This document shows positions 36,510-47,700 of a stretch of 64,000 nucleotides of DNA, piece after piece (positions within the stretch are counted from its first letter, which is position 1; each line of letters begins with the position of its first letter). The DNA is from a virus, in IMG/VR virus record IMGVR_UViG_3300032298_001038, positions 64,001 through 128,000 of that record; one strand, 5' to 3'. A model generated the notes under the pieces. The model was not told the DNA's origin. It did not search any database and worked only from the letters and a program-made list of their open reading frames with translations. Position numbers and translations under genes: made by a program.

Positions 36510-37054
36510 ATCTTTACCTGCTTGAGACTGTTCTTGGCTACCGCAACCGGCAGCACTACCGGGGCTACGCGGGAGAGCGACAAAAGTTTAAATATCGTAT
36601 TCACATCGTTCTTGTTAGGCGGCACATCAGAGTGCATCTGCGATAACACGCGATCGATGGCCAGCATAAAGTCATCACGAGACCGTTCAGAGCCAAAAGA
36701 AAACCGAACTGAAAACTGCGTGACAGTCTTTCCGGCGTGCTCGTCGGCAACGTCTCGTCGTTCCCATGCTTTGCCTGTTTCGTCACGAATGTAAATTACC
36801 GCAAGCCGGCCGTGATTGTCGTATACAACGAGCGTCACAGATTCGTCCGGGTCTTGCGTGAGTGAAAACACATGGGGCATTTTTGTTGCCGGAATAAACG
36901 GCAGTTTCGATAACTTGTCGCCGTCCAACGCAACGCGAAACAACTGTACCGGAAAAGACCGCCGTTTCTTGGGCGGCCCCATTACGGCGAACTCGGCTTC
37001 AATGGCTGGAACGCCGGGTTCGACGACTACGGGTACATTGCGGATTGCAAGCAT
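36506..37054 (-). CDS. hypothetical protein (MLAIRN...)
   Basis: start trimmed to follow the upstream stop. Confidence 0.65.
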   Translation of the reverse strand: MLAIRNVPVVVEPGVPAIEAEFAVMGPPKKRRSFPVQLFRVALDGDKLSKLPFIPATKMPHVFSLTQDPDESVTLVVYDNHGRLAVIYIRDETGKAWERRDVADEHAGKTVTQFSVRFSFGSERSRDDFMLAIDRVLSQMHSDVPPNKNDVNTIFKLLSLSRVAPVVLPVAVAKNSLKQVKI

Positions 37055-37064
37055 TGGTGCCTTT

Positions 37065-37973
37065 CTATCGTGTAATATCGGACTTGCGCTTGGGGGTGGT
37101 CGACTCTTCTTCTTCGTCATCCGCCTCGTCGGCACTGTCCAATTGCGAGATAACTTCCTCGTGAACCTTGTTGCACATGGCAATGTGATCCGCCACCATG
37201 TCCGACATCATGTCAAAGTTCTGCCGCATTTCAGCGAACAGGCCAATGATGATTTCGTCAAGGCGCTCGGGGGACGCGTTTGCCACGTCGTCGTAAATGT
37301 TATCTGTATCTTCCGCCAGCCAGAGTTTTTCGGAACGGGCGATAAACCGCTTCTGGTGGTTAATCAGATCGAGCAGTTGCTGCTTCAGGCCCTTGGGCGC
37401 CTGATGCGTACGGCCGCTGTTCTTCTTCTTGCCGCGAATCTCTTGAAGTTCAAGCGCCAGATTGCGCGCTGTCAGGGCTTCCTCTGCGCACTTACCCTCC
37501 AGCACGTTTCGCTGGTCTTCGTCGGCCACCTGCGACAGCAGTTGGACGTGCGACACCGTCATCCGCCAACGCGGCCGTTCCGGACAACGTAACGCCAGCA
37601 AGCGGGTGATCTCCTGCTCGCTGGGGTACCGCTCGTGAAAATTCACGGCGCCACGCAACTGGTCGGCGGTGTAGACGGGCGCGAAGATTGAAATAATGAG
37701 CGACGCGCCGTCAATGTGCGACGCCCGCTGCTCGTCGGTCAAATACGTTTCGGGGTCGTTCTTGACGTCGGTAATCAGTTTGCCGACCCGCCAAAACGCC
37801 GTCAGGCTCGCAACCTGTACGTCGCCGAAAATCTGATCGATCTCCGCGACGACGTCGCGCAGTTCGTTTGTCAGCGTGTGCTCATTCAGGCGGTCAGCAA
37901 CGTTCTCCGCGCCTTCAGCGCCTTGAACAAAGTCAGCCTGCATAATCGACATCGCATTGGATTTGCGACCCAT
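37065..37973 (-). CDS. helical DNA-binding protein, DUF1016/YhcG-N-like
   Basis: FWRVGKLI...QLRGAVNFHERYP...SHVQLL...LTARNL pattern. Confidence 0.5.
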   Translation of the reverse strand: MGRKSNAMSIMQADFVQGAEGAENVADRLNEHTLTNELRDVVAEIDQIFGDVQVASLTAFWRVGKLITDVKNDPETYLTDEQRASHIDGASLIISIFAPVYTADQLRGAVNFHERYPSEQEITRLLALRCPERPRWRMTVSHVQLLSQVADEDQRNVLEGKCAEEALTARNLALELQEIRGKKKNSGRTHQAPKGLKQQLLDLINHQKRFIARSEKLWLAEDTDNIYDDVANASPERLDEIIIGLFAEMRQNFDMMSDMVADHIAMCNKVHEEVISQLDSADEADDEEEESTTPKRKSDITR

Positions 37974-37991
37974 AACTTCCTCCTGTGATGG

Positions 37992-39131
37992 TTAACTGTT
38001 TGGAATCAATAACTTCATGGCAGCGCTCTGTAACGCGTCTCGTGTCGTGTAATACTGGTTGCGGGAATACCGCAGAATTGAACAAAACATGTCGTACAGC
38101 GATCGCGAGTTCATGACTTCACGCGTGTACACGTCAATTGGATTTCGCGGATCAATGTCGGCGCCGACCATAGCCGCGTTTTTGCATATCTGCCGCGCAT
38201 CATCCCGTGTAACTTTGAACCGCCCAAGGTAGTCGATCCAGTTCGCTGTGGCTGCGTCCAGCACGGTTTTTGAATCCGAGAAATTCAACGACGTAGCCAT
38301 CAACCTATTGACGTTTTTGGCTACAACGCCCATGTCAATTTCTCGGGTTACCGTCTTGCTAATCATGATCGCCGCGCGGCCTAGCAGGTCGGCGCCGATG
38401 TGCCGCATATGAAAGCCCTTCCGGCGATGCTCGATTGCCGGCCCGAACTTGGTCATGATGCACAGCGCAGCCCGCATGGCGAAGCCGCTGTCTTCGCGAT
38501 TCGAGAAATACCATCCACCGGCAAAGATGTGCCGCCGGTCGGTATAGATATCATTGCGCTTGCTATTTGTGTCGATGTAGTAAATGCGCAACTCGCGGCC
38601 GACCAACTCAGCCCGGTAAAACTCTGCCGCAGGTTGCTTGGCTTGAATCTCGTCAGCCACCATGTTGAAAAAGACAGCGTTGTCGAGCAGGCGGTGGTCA
38701 AGACCAAGGAAACCTTCGATTGTCTTGGAGTTGTGATCGACGAGCAGCGTACGCTCACGAAGCAGTTCAAAGCGTGACCGCAGCACAGCGTTGTAGATGC
38801 CCACGGCCGTGGCGATGTCGCCGTTGTCGAGGCTAACGCTGTATTTGCCGCGCGTCTCGCCGGCGAGTTCGTTGAACACGCTGTTCAGCCCGGCGGCGAG
38901 GGCGTTCGCCACGGCCGAAAACCCGATCGCGTTGAACCGGTAGTTGTTCTCGGCAATCCGGCCGTCGGCGGCCATGGACAACTGCGCCTCGTCGACAATC
39001 GGGATCGACTCGGTGTCGGCGCTGCGCTTGGCGAGGAAGTCGCGGCAATCGGCGAACTGCGCTGCGTTAAACGCCAGCGCGGGTACAGGCGCAAACACGC
39101 TGCGCGACTGCTGTGCCGACGGCCTAACCAC
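37992..39131 (-). CDS. DUF932-like phage protein
   Basis: LLVD...IEGFLG..H..LDN; GWYFSNRE.SG pattern. Confidence 0.45.
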   Translation of the reverse strand: MVRPSAQQSRSVFAPVPALAFNAAQFADCRDFLAKRSADTESIPIVDEAQLSMAADGRIAENNYRFNAIGFSAVANALAAGLNSVFNELAGETRGKYSVSLDNGDIATAVGIYNAVLRSRFELLRERTLLVDHNSKTIEGFLGLDHRLLDNAVFFNMVADEIQAKQPAAEFYRAELVGRELRIYYIDTNSKRNDIYTDRRHIFAGGWYFSNREDSGFAMRAALCIMTKFGPAIEHRRKGFHMRHIGADLLGRAAIMISKTVTREIDMGVVAKNVNRLMATSLNFSDSKTVLDAATANWIDYLGRFKVTRDDARQICKNAAMVGADIDPRNPIDVYTREVMNSRSLYDMFCSILRYSRNQYYTTRDALQSAAMKLLIPNS

Positions 39132-39143
39132 GACGCGAGCCTC

Positions 39144-39740
39144 CTACTCTTCGAACCAGTCGCCGCCTATGCCCCCGAAGAAGGCCGCAGACGGCTCAAC
39201 ATGGATCACGCCGCCTTCCGGCGCGCCGAACGTCCAGCGTACGCATGGGACGTCGGTGGCTGGCCGTACGGGAAGGTCCATATTATGCGCCACGAAGAAC
39301 TTTCTGACAACCGGAAAAACGAACACAAATGGGCGGTCTAGGCTGACTGCAAAACCATGCAGGGCTTTTGACAACGTGCGCATCAAGATGTTGTTTTTTG
39401 TAGATAACAAATCGCTAATCGTTAACTGATACAGCGACAGGCTGGCTTTATTTCCAGCGTCGTCGCGCCGATAACCGCAATAACCGATTCGCTTGCCGCA
39501 CAGCGTCGCGGGGAACTGGGGGAACGCTGAGTTGAACCACGCGCAACTCATCTCGTGCGTCCCGGTCGCGTCTCGGCATAGGTTGACGAGCCGGCCCCAA
39601 CTTCTGGGTTTGACGCCGCACTCGTTGAATACGCGGCGGACGATGCGGCTCTCGTACGATAACTGCCGCTGAAACCCATCGGTCTGCGCCCGCGAGTTTT
39701 CGTCAAACAAATTGTTAAAGAACTGATCGCGATCCATCAC
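39144..39740 (-). CDS. hypothetical protein
   Basis: ORF track. Confidence 0.7.
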   Translation of the reverse strand: MMDRDQFFNNLFDENSRAQTDGFQRQLSYESRIVRRVFNECGVKPRSWGRLVNLCRDATGTHEMSCAWFNSAFPQFPATLCGKRIGYCGYRRDDAGNKASLSLYQLTISDLLSTKNNILMRTLSKALHGFAVSLDRPFVFVFPVVRKFFVAHNMDLPVRPATDVPCVRWTFGAPEGGVIHVEPSAAFFGGIGGDWFEE

Positions 39741-40186
39741 GCACGTTTATTTTTCTTGATGTGTTTTTTGATTGCCTTGACAGCCTTGGTCAACTCGAAC
39801 AGCCGCTCGTCATCGTCGAATATCCCGTCACCTTTGGTTTCAGACTCGTAGACAGTTTCGCCGCCGCAGTCCGGAACATCGGCCCGGAAATAGCCATGCC
39901 GCAACCGCAGATAACCAACCTGATCATTATTTTTATCAAACACGTCGTACTGCTCCGGGCAGGCACTGCACGTGCAGACAAGCCGCAACCCGTCAATGTC
40001 GATGTCTGCCATGTTGTATCTCGTGGTTTGCCACAACTCCAGTTCAGCCCGTAGGCCCGCAATCACTTCGCGTAATTGACGAATTTCGGCGGCTGCTGCG
40101 CGAAGCAGTTCAGATCGGTCTAGTGCGCGACACTGAGTAACCGACGCCTCTAATTGCACTATGATGTCAATACCGCGGGAAGACAT
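39737..40186 (-). CDS. conserved phage protein (CSACPEQYD family) with N-terminal coiled segment
   Basis: TCSACPEQYDVF...VGYLRLRHG. Confidence 0.7.
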   Translation of the reverse strand: MSSRGIDIIVQLEASVTQCRALDRSELLRAAAAEIRQLREVIAGLRAELELWQTTRYNMADIDIDGLRLVCTCSACPEQYDVFDKNNDQVGYLRLRHGYFRADVPDCGGETVYESETKGDGIFDDDERLFELTKAVKAIKKHIKKNKRA

Positions 40187-40692
40187 TTTGTCACTTTTTG
40201 CGTCGGCGGGTTGAGTTTATCTATTGAAAACAACCGAGTTAAACGTTTTTTATCGTAATCGGCGTACACCCCGTCGCGCCACCCGATTTCTTGATGTACC
40301 CAGCCAAGAATCTCGACCTGCCTAAACTCGCGTGGCCTCGGAAACGCGGCCCACACGATTAAGTCAGAAATAGAATTTTGATGATAGCGAATCGGCACGC
40401 CTTCGCTCACACGAATTCTTCGGACTTCAGTGTTGTTTCCAACGTCAGGATACATGTCGTATTTGTAGTGCTCTGACGCGTGCCAGACGTGGCCGTGCCA
40501 ATACCTGTTTAAATATTTAGCAACAGCAAGTTCACTAATTGCTGCGGCGACACTCGCAGTTCGGTCGTCTTCTAACCGCGTCGGGTCTTGGTACCACGGC
40601 GCGTCTTCTCGTCCCCAGTTCGCCGTGTACCGCCGAATGCCTACGTCTGACGCGCGCTCATATTCCCATGTTTCTAAATCAATAACAATCAC
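40159..40692 (-). CDS. conserved phage protein, possibly PD-(D/E)XK fold
   Basis: SELAVAKY...PDVG..TEVR. Confidence 0.55.
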   Translation of the reverse strand: MIVIDLETWEYERASDVGIRRYTANWGREDAPWYQDPTRLEDDRTASVAAAISELAVAKYLNRYWHGHVWHASEHYKYDMYPDVGNNTEVRRIRVSEGVPIRYHQNSISDLIVWAAFPRPREFRQVEILGWVHQEIGWRDGVYADYDKKRLTRLFSIDKLNPPTQKVTKCLPAVLTS

Positions 40693-40716
40693 TGACGAAT
40701 CCTTTCGTAAATAACG

Positions 40717-42093
40717 TCAGTCTACCTGCCCAAGCGGATCGAAATCTTCTGGGATGATGCTGTCGCCCGACATGCTGGCCGCAGCCATCAACTCGGGCAC
40801 GTCTGTCATCTGCTGCGTCTTCAACTGCTCCATAACTTGAGCGCGATACTTTTTAGCCGGGTCACAAATAACGTACTCGTTGACGCCGAGCAATCCGTGG
40901 AGAACACCGAGCACCTTTTTGTTTTCTTCGAGCGCCACTGAGGCTTCAACTTCGGAGAGCGCACTCTGCTTCGAGATACCGAGAGCCGTGGAATAGACGA
41001 GCGGCGTGTCTGCATTTTTAGTGCCGTGTTTATACTCCAAGTCACAAACCTGTCGTACCAACGCTGGCAGTTTCGGATCAATGCCCGGCTGCGGCTTCTT
41101 GTCGGCCGCCTGCAAGTCCATGAGCAGGCGGATAGACGCCGTATGCCAGTCCCAGTAGTGATACTGCTGATTTCTGTAGTTTTCATTTCCTTCAGCGTCC
41201 TTTGCTGAAATGATGTCGTTGTACCACATAAGATTGACAACCAGTTTGCGGCCCGGCGCGCCAAGGTTGTTCTTGGTCGCGATAAGCCGTACTGCCTGTC
41301 CTTCGGCACGGCCAGCCACGATGTTGTTACGCGACGCCTTTTGCATGTCGATGATGAGCGTCGGATAGTAATCGAGGCTGGCGCCGCCCGGAGCGTACTT
41401 CTTCGGCGGACCGAAGCCCATGCTGTTGATTTCTTCTTTGAGATGATTTGTCGCAATAAGTGCGATTGGGTAGTGCCGAAGAGTGGGCACTAACGCCGTG
41501 CGCATAAAATCCGACAAGTTGCGCGCCAAATACGGATGGCCCGCGGCTGCATGACCCTCTTCCGCCACCTTTTCAACGCGACGATCTACCTCGACAGCAG
41601 AGATAGAGTCGACGCCGATACAAATAGGAATAACCCGGTCCGGGGCGTTGGCCGCGTCAATCTGCGAGTGAATAGCCTTGCAGAAACCCATGTACTTGCT
41701 CTGCCACTCTTCCACGCTGGCCGCAGTCGTGACCTTGGTGCGGGCGATGTGCTGCGGGTTATGCCCCAGCATGCCCGCCAGCATTGTCGGGCTGCCCTTG
41801 TTCTCGGTGTCGATAAGAATGGCACCGCCACCGTAAACGTGGAACCACCGCATGATTTCCAACAGCAACGCCGACTTGCCGGCGCTGAACTCGCCACGGA
41901 GTTGCGTAAACCGCGACAACGGAAAGATATTGGCTTGCAGCAAATAACGCGCGGCTAAAGTCGGCAACGGCAACCCGATGAGCGGGTCGTTGTCCTCGGC
42001 GTTCGCTTTGAGGACTTCGGTGATTACAGGGTGCTCGCCGTTAACGTCGAACACGCTGACATCATTATCTTCGTTCTTTTTCTTACGACCCAT
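40717..42093 (-). CDS. RecA/UvsX-like recombinase
   Basis: Walker A GEFSAGKS, IDTE, Walker B GVDSISA, ATNHLKEEI...PGGASLDYY. Confidence 0.88.
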   Translation of the reverse strand: MGRKKKNEDNDVSVFDVNGEHPVITEVLKANAEDNDPLIGLPLPTLAARYLLQANIFPLSRFTQLRGEFSAGKSALLLEIMRWFHVYGGGAILIDTENKGSPTMLAGMLGHNPQHIARTKVTTAASVEEWQSKYMGFCKAIHSQIDAANAPDRVIPICIGVDSISAVEVDRRVEKVAEEGHAAAGHPYLARNLSDFMRTALVPTLRHYPIALIATNHLKEEINSMGFGPPKKYAPGGASLDYYPTLIIDMQKASRNNIVAGRAEGQAVRLIATKNNLGAPGRKLVVNLMWYNDIISAKDAEGNENYRNQQYHYWDWHTASIRLLMDLQAADKKPQPGIDPKLPALVRQVCDLEYKHGTKNADTPLVYSTALGISKQSALSEVEASVALEENKKVLGVLHGLLGVNEYVICDPAKKYRAQVMEQLKTQQMTDVPELMAAASMSGDSIIPEDFDPLGQVD

Positions 42094-42110
42094 GTGTTCT
42101 TCCTATAGTT

Positions 42111-42149
42111 AAAATGCCCGGGCGGTAGCAACATTACTGCCGCCCGGGC
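42111..42149 (-). terminator. intrinsic terminator
   Basis: stem GCCCGGGCGG/CCGCCCGGGC followed by a T-run. Confidence 0.7.
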
Positions 42150-42156
42150 TAATTGA

Positions 42157-43158
42157 TCAGCGAATAATACGACTACGGCCGCGGCCTGCACCAGTACGCT
42201 TCGACTTTTCGGCAAGCAGGTATTGCCTCAAATCCACGGACATGATTCGCTGCATGTTCACTTTCGGCTCGTAATCCGGCTGTTCAAACCGGCCGAGCAT
42301 GTAAGTGTCGAGTGCGCCCAGAATCTGCGCCACGCACTCAAGATGCTCCTCGCGAGCCGTGCCGCGGCGCTCGGCGAGCATCTTTTCAACAGCAAAAACG
42401 GGGTCCATCTTGCGGCCGCGCTTTACGCCGGCCTTTTTGCAAACTCGCTCGAAGAACGGGACTATTTTGTCGCCGTGCTTCATGTGTGCGAGCACGAACG
42501 CCGCAATCATCGGCGATTTAATAGTGCCGCAGCGGTACGCAAAATCGTCGAGCGCGGCCAGTTGTTCCTTGAACGCACTGATGTGGTCATACACGGTCGC
42601 CTTTGAGGTGGCAACGTGTGTTGTAGTGCTGGTTGCAGCATTGAATATTTCAAACGCGTAACCGAGCGGTGTGGCGATGCCGGTGCTGCTTTGAAACAAA
42701 GCAGAATTTGTCGGAACACGGTGGTGCTTGAGCGCGCCGTGTACGTTATCCGACGCGTTCTTTTTGGCCTCAAGACTATCATAATAGCGGAAGTGTTTTT
42801 CCGCTTCGGCATCGTTGCGAACGGGCACAATAAAGACCTGCACACGCCGCGGGATAAAGTCACTCAGACCGTTCTCCCAAACATGTGACCGGCCGTGGCC
42901 GTCTAATTTGCACCGGCGGCCGTCGGGATACTCGGCCATGTGGACACGAGCGTGCGAATCATTGAACGTACGCAAGTGATCGGTACGGCGGCGCGTCGCT
43001 CGATTTGATTTTTGAATTGGATTTGGCGGAACCTTGATCCAGTCCGCAGCCGACATGTAAACACTCTTAAGACCCGTGACGTCAATCATCTTGGGCTTAA
43101 GTTTTAAATTCTTCGCACTCTTGACCGTCTTGGTCGCAGAGGAGCGGGACTTGGCCAT
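42157..43158 (-). CDS. ParB/Srx-like N-terminal domain protein
   Basis: KLDGHGRSHVW motif; basic N- and C-termini. Confidence 0.55.
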   Translation of the reverse strand: MAKSRSSATKTVKSAKNLKLKPKMIDVTGLKSVYMSAADWIKVPPNPIQKSNRATRRRTDHLRTFNDSHARVHMAEYPDGRRCKLDGHGRSHVWENGLSDFIPRRVQVFIVPVRNDAEAEKHFRYYDSLEAKKNASDNVHGALKHHRVPTNSALFQSSTGIATPLGYAFEIFNAATSTTTHVATSKATVYDHISAFKEQLAALDDFAYRCGTIKSPMIAAFVLAHMKHGDKIVPFFERVCKKAGVKRGRKMDPVFAVEKMLAERRGTAREEHLECVAQILGALDTYMLGRFEQPDYEPKVNMQRIMSVDLRQYLLAEKSKRTGAGRGRSRIIR

Positions 43159-43262
43159 AACGCTGCAATCCTTTATGAAGGGGGGTAAGAACAACCGAAT
43201 AACCGTCACGAGGCCGGGGCGAAAAGCGCGCGCTGCCCTCGGCCCCGTGACGGCAAAAGAAA

Positions 43263-44642
43263 CTACTTCTTCAACTTGGCCGCTTTAGCGCGAGCACGCG
43301 CAAGAATGTCAGCGGGCTTCAACTTGTCACCCGCCGGCTCCTGCGCGGGAGCCTCGGCTGGGGCGCCAGAAAACAGATCACCGACACCGGCGGCCTCTTC
43401 TGGACTGATCTCGCCCGTGGGCGACTCAGCCTCCCACGGAGCCACAGGCGCCGCCGCCTTGGGCGCCGGCGGCGTCACGGGCTTCGGAGCCGCTGGGCGC
43501 TGCTGGAAAGCCTGTACGGCCTCGTCGTTCTCGTCGTCAATAAACTCGGACGCCGAAGCGGCCGGCGCAGAAGACGAAGAACTACGACCAAGCGTCCGCA
43601 AATACTGCGGATACTCACGCCACGCGAACTCAAGCGCCTCGCGCGGGAAAGCCCCGGCCAACTTTTCAGCCTGCTCTTCGTACGACAGCACGTTGAGCAT
43701 CTGGTCCCACGACTGACCTTCCTCCGCAATACGATCCGCATACGGCTCCAGCGAAATCTGCTGGCCGTTATACGTGTCGTGCACAATCGCGAAGTGGGTG
43801 AAGGCGCTGCGCCGGTCAGGCGGCGGGTAGCCGACGATGTACTGCGAGTCCTTCGGGCCACGAGCGTACTTCGGGCAGAAGAACGTCTCGGGGCCGTCGG
43901 CGCCGATGCCCATCACTTTCTGCTCCTTGCTCTGATAAGCCTCGGGCAGGATGGTGAGCAACTTAGCCGAATCGAACGACAGCATATCGCCGGTCAGGTA
44001 CTCGTTAGTATCCGGGTCACGAACCTTCAGAATCGAGAACAGCGACTGGAGCGCGCTGAACTTGAGGCCGATTACGCGAGCGTTCTTCTTCGGATCATCG
44101 AGGAATTGGCTCAACACAATCTGCCCGCGGTCGTCAGTGCCGACGATACTGGCCGAAACAAACAGAATCTTCTCAGGCTTGGTCAACGAGCCGATGTGCG
44201 ACTTCATGACCTTCGGCTTCTGAAGCAGTTCGCTGTAGAGCCGGCCGATACCCGGGGTCTCCTTGTTCTTCCACGCGACGTTGTACAACAAGTTGTACGG
44301 ATTCTCGCGCAGGTCCATTTCTGGCGACCCGTCCGTCAGAATTACGCACACGCCGGGATTACCGACCCAGTGCGCAACGGTCCGCAAACGGCACCAGTCA
44401 CCGATAGCAACGTCGTCAGCGCCCTCTCGGAAGTTGACAAACTGGCGCTGGCCGTTGCCCTCTTCGTACATGGGCATCAGCCGCAGGCACAAGCCGTTGG
44501 CCATGAGTTCGTTACCCGCAGCGATTAGAACATTTTTGCCGTACGTGTACGGGCTGTTCTTGCGGGGACCGTTGTCAAGATTGTGCTGCCGGCGGAACTC
44601 GGGGTCGATGGCAGCAAGATTTTCAGAATCATAACGGGGCAT
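43263..44642 (-). CDS. putative single-stranded DNA-binding protein
   Basis: located between the RecA-like and DNA polymerase genes; acidic Ala/Pro-rich C-terminal tail (inference only). Confidence 0.4.
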   Translation of the reverse strand: MPRYDSENLAAIDPEFRRQHNLDNGPRKNSPYTYGKNVLIAAGNELMANGLCLRLMPMYEEGNGQRQFVNFREGADDVAIGDWCRLRTVAHWVGNPGVCVILTDGSPEMDLRENPYNLLYNVAWKNKETPGIGRLYSELLQKPKVMKSHIGSLTKPEKILFVSASIVGTDDRGQIVLSQFLDDPKKNARVIGLKFSALQSLFSILKVRDPDTNEYLTGDMLSFDSAKLLTILPEAYQSKEQKVMGIGADGPETFFCPKYARGPKDSQYIVGYPPPDRRSAFTHFAIVHDTYNGQQISLEPYADRIAEEGQSWDQMLNVLSYEEQAEKLAGAFPREALEFAWREYPQYLRTLGRSSSSSAPAASASEFIDDENDEAVQAFQQRPAAPKPVTPPAPKAAAPVAPWEAESPTGEISPEEAAGVGDLFSGAPAEAPAQEPAGDKLKPADILARARAKAAKLKK

Positions 44643-44733
44643 TTTAAGCCTCTTTCTTTGTTGTGCTAGGTATCGTACCCAGCGTTGTTAATAAAGTACG
44701 GGATGCTGATTAGGCTCCCGCGTTGTTGCTTGC

Positions 44734-44761
44734 AGTGTAGCAGACCGCGCGGAAGAATCAA
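44734..44761 (-). promoter_or_regulatory. sigma70-like promoter for the putative SSB gene
   Basis: TTGATT-16 nt-TACACT with an extended TG. Confidence 0.5.
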
Positions 44762-44766
44762 GCCCC

Positions 44767-47700
44767 CTATTTCTCGGCCAACCAGTGCAATCCGAGCGCC
44801 TTGGCTTCGTCATCGCTCAGTGTCTCGCCCCAGTGGACGAACACCTCGCGAGAAGACCCGAAGCGATACGGACCAGCATCAATCAAACCACCATCCAACC
44901 GTCGCGGATAAAACGGCACAGCATCGATCATGCATTTGGGCACCACCTCTTTGTACACCTGTTCAGCGTGCTCAATCGGCACAATTAACACAATGGCGTC
45001 GTGAATCTGCAACCCAATTCGGTAATCGATTTCTGGGTGCTCGTCGCGGTAACGCTGGAAATTAGACAAGGCAATAGACACGGCATCGGCCACGCCGCCT
45101 TGAATCGGGAAGTTCTGCGCTTGCCGCTCCTGCTCGCCTCTGATGGCGCGATCTTTTGACGGCACAAACCGCCGCATGCGCCCGTACGGTCCCATGAGCC
45201 AACCCGGGTCTTGCGATCGGGCGCGGCACTCAGCCAAGAAATGACGCGTGCGAGGATAGGACGCAAAATACGCCTCGATCATCGCTTGGCACTGATCGGC
45301 CGTAACATCGACGCCTTCTTCTTTACACTGTCGCGCAAGGGCTTCGGCGCCGCGACCGTAGGGAATACCGAAGTTCACGTTTTTGGCCGCGATACGTAAA
45401 CCTTTCTTGCCGGCTTTCTCCAGCCCCTTCTTTGTCGGCTCAACGTCGCTAATGCCGAACGTTTTAATTGCCTGTTGGCTGTGGATGTCGTAATGGTCGG
45501 GGTGGCTTTCCGGCAGCAGGTTACGCCGCACGTGTTCGATCATGTCTGCGTCTTGACTCAACCACGCGAGGACCGCCAATTCCGCACCAGTGAGGTCTGT
45601 TTCAATCCCGACGTAGCCGGGCGGGACGCGCAATATTGAGCGAACCGGATGTTGGTATTGTTCGCCAAGAATTCGTTCGTAGTCGTTTTCTCGTCTGGAA
45701 CTGAGGTTTTGCAGTGGGGGTCGCGAGGAAGACGCACGACCAGTTTCTTTAGTTTGGAAAAAGTGAGTACGGACCCGACCGTCGGCGTGAACGCAGCCGA
45801 CAAGACCTTTTTCATACGAGTAATTACCGTTTTCATCGACTTCGTAGTCTCCGTCATCCGTGATAGAAGGCTTACGCAACACCGACTGCAAAACCTGACT
45901 GATAAACTTGTAGTCCCGGATTTTAGCCGCGGTGGGATTTATGTGCCCGAGAATGCCAAGGCTTTCCTTGTCGGTGCTGGGCGTAGCCGTATCAGGATTC
46001 ACACCCCGCCAACTCATTTCGTTCCACAGAACCGGCCGCTTACCGGTTGTCTTAACTGGCCGCAGGTTCAGCAACTGCGCGCCTTCCGGGACGTTTGGCG
46101 GATTGGTATATCTATTTGAAAACGCTTCGCCAAATAAAGCGACCGACAACTGCGGCTGGCTCTTTGGGTTGAAATCCGGCCAGTTTAATTCTGCGCGAAT
46201 CTCTGCCAACAGTCGTTCTTGAGTATTCATGAATAACGTTGTCAGTTCGTCGGCGCGTGTGCGGTCGATCACAAGCCCGGTCATTTCCATTTCCAGAAAC
46301 GACAACGACGCCCGGTGCGCTGTCCAGTACGGCAACCAGCAATCGTGGCCGTGTTGGTCACGGGCGAGAGCGCCGTCTTTACCGTTAGTGCCGTAAAAAT
46401 GCATCATGATTCGGCGCGTGACGTCAGCGTCGTATGCGCCGTAAGGATGCAGCACGTGGGCAGGGCAATCTCCGTAGCCCTCCATATCGCCGGCTTTTAA
46501 CTTGTTCTCGGCGCGATAGCGTTTACGCCACTCGTTCAGTTCGTCCCAGTATGTAGGCGCACTGGTGAATCGCATGGAGCAGACGTCGAGGCCATATTTG
46601 GCGCACTCATTAACCGCGTGGTACATGAGGCTGGTGTCCCAGCCGCCGTGGGTTCGGTCGTCCGGGTCGGTGGCGGGAGCATACTCCGGGCGCACATCCA
46701 CGCCAAAAGCAAACAGCCATGGCAAGTCAGCACGGAAAAAGTGACCGCCGACACGGACATGCCTTTCCGGCGTACTTTTGAGCAACCGGGCGAGTTGCAA
46801 CCGTGCCGCCTCCAGATTAGGTTTAAAAGCATCTGCACCTCCTTGATGGCGCAGAACAATTGTGCGCGCCCACTTATCCTTATTTGATATCTGAACAGTA
46901 CGAAGATACGCACTTTCTTCTGTCGGGTAGTCGCCGTGCCACTCGCAGTCGACGGCGATAATGTTGGCACTCGGGTCTGGATCGGCCAGCATTGCGTCCA
47001 CGGTTTCACGCAGGGCGTCTTCCGTGTAGATGTCGGCGTGATCGACCTCTTCAACGATTGTCTCGCGGTTTTCGACCAAGTCTTTGAACCGCGCCAACTG
47101 CCCGCAAAAGTCTTCGTACACCTCGGGCTTGCGGAGAACGTAGCCCGGATGCATCACAGACATGACGCGAATTTCACGCTCGTGGCCGTCGGCGTCGTAT
47201 GTCTTCAGCGGCGTCGCTCGGCCGGCAAGATCAGACACGCTGGCATTAGTATTTAAAACAGCCTTCGTGGCCTCGTTACCAAGACACAGAATATAGTCCG
47301 GTTTGACAAGCCTGATTTCCTGCGCTAGTAAAACCGCGCAGTTTTTAATCCACGCCGCAGGAACTGCGGTAGTGTCGGGCGTCGGAGAGCCGAACTTGCA
47401 CGCGTGCGTAATGTACCACTCGCGGTAGTCTTGCGTATTGAACCCGCACTGCCGCAGCGCTTTGAACAGCGGTTCCATCACAGGGCCGGTGATCGCGCTG
47501 CGGTCGCTCAACTCGTTAATGCCCGGAATCTTGCCGACGATCATTACGCGCGCCGGCTTCGGGCCGTAGACGGGGTCGTCACCGGTGCCGTACTTCATCA
47601 AATGACCGGGCAGGAACTGCACAATCTCAGCGCCGCCCTTGAGCGTGATCGGCATCGAGAACGCCGGGTCATACAGCGCGGCTCGGTAAAGATGGACGAG

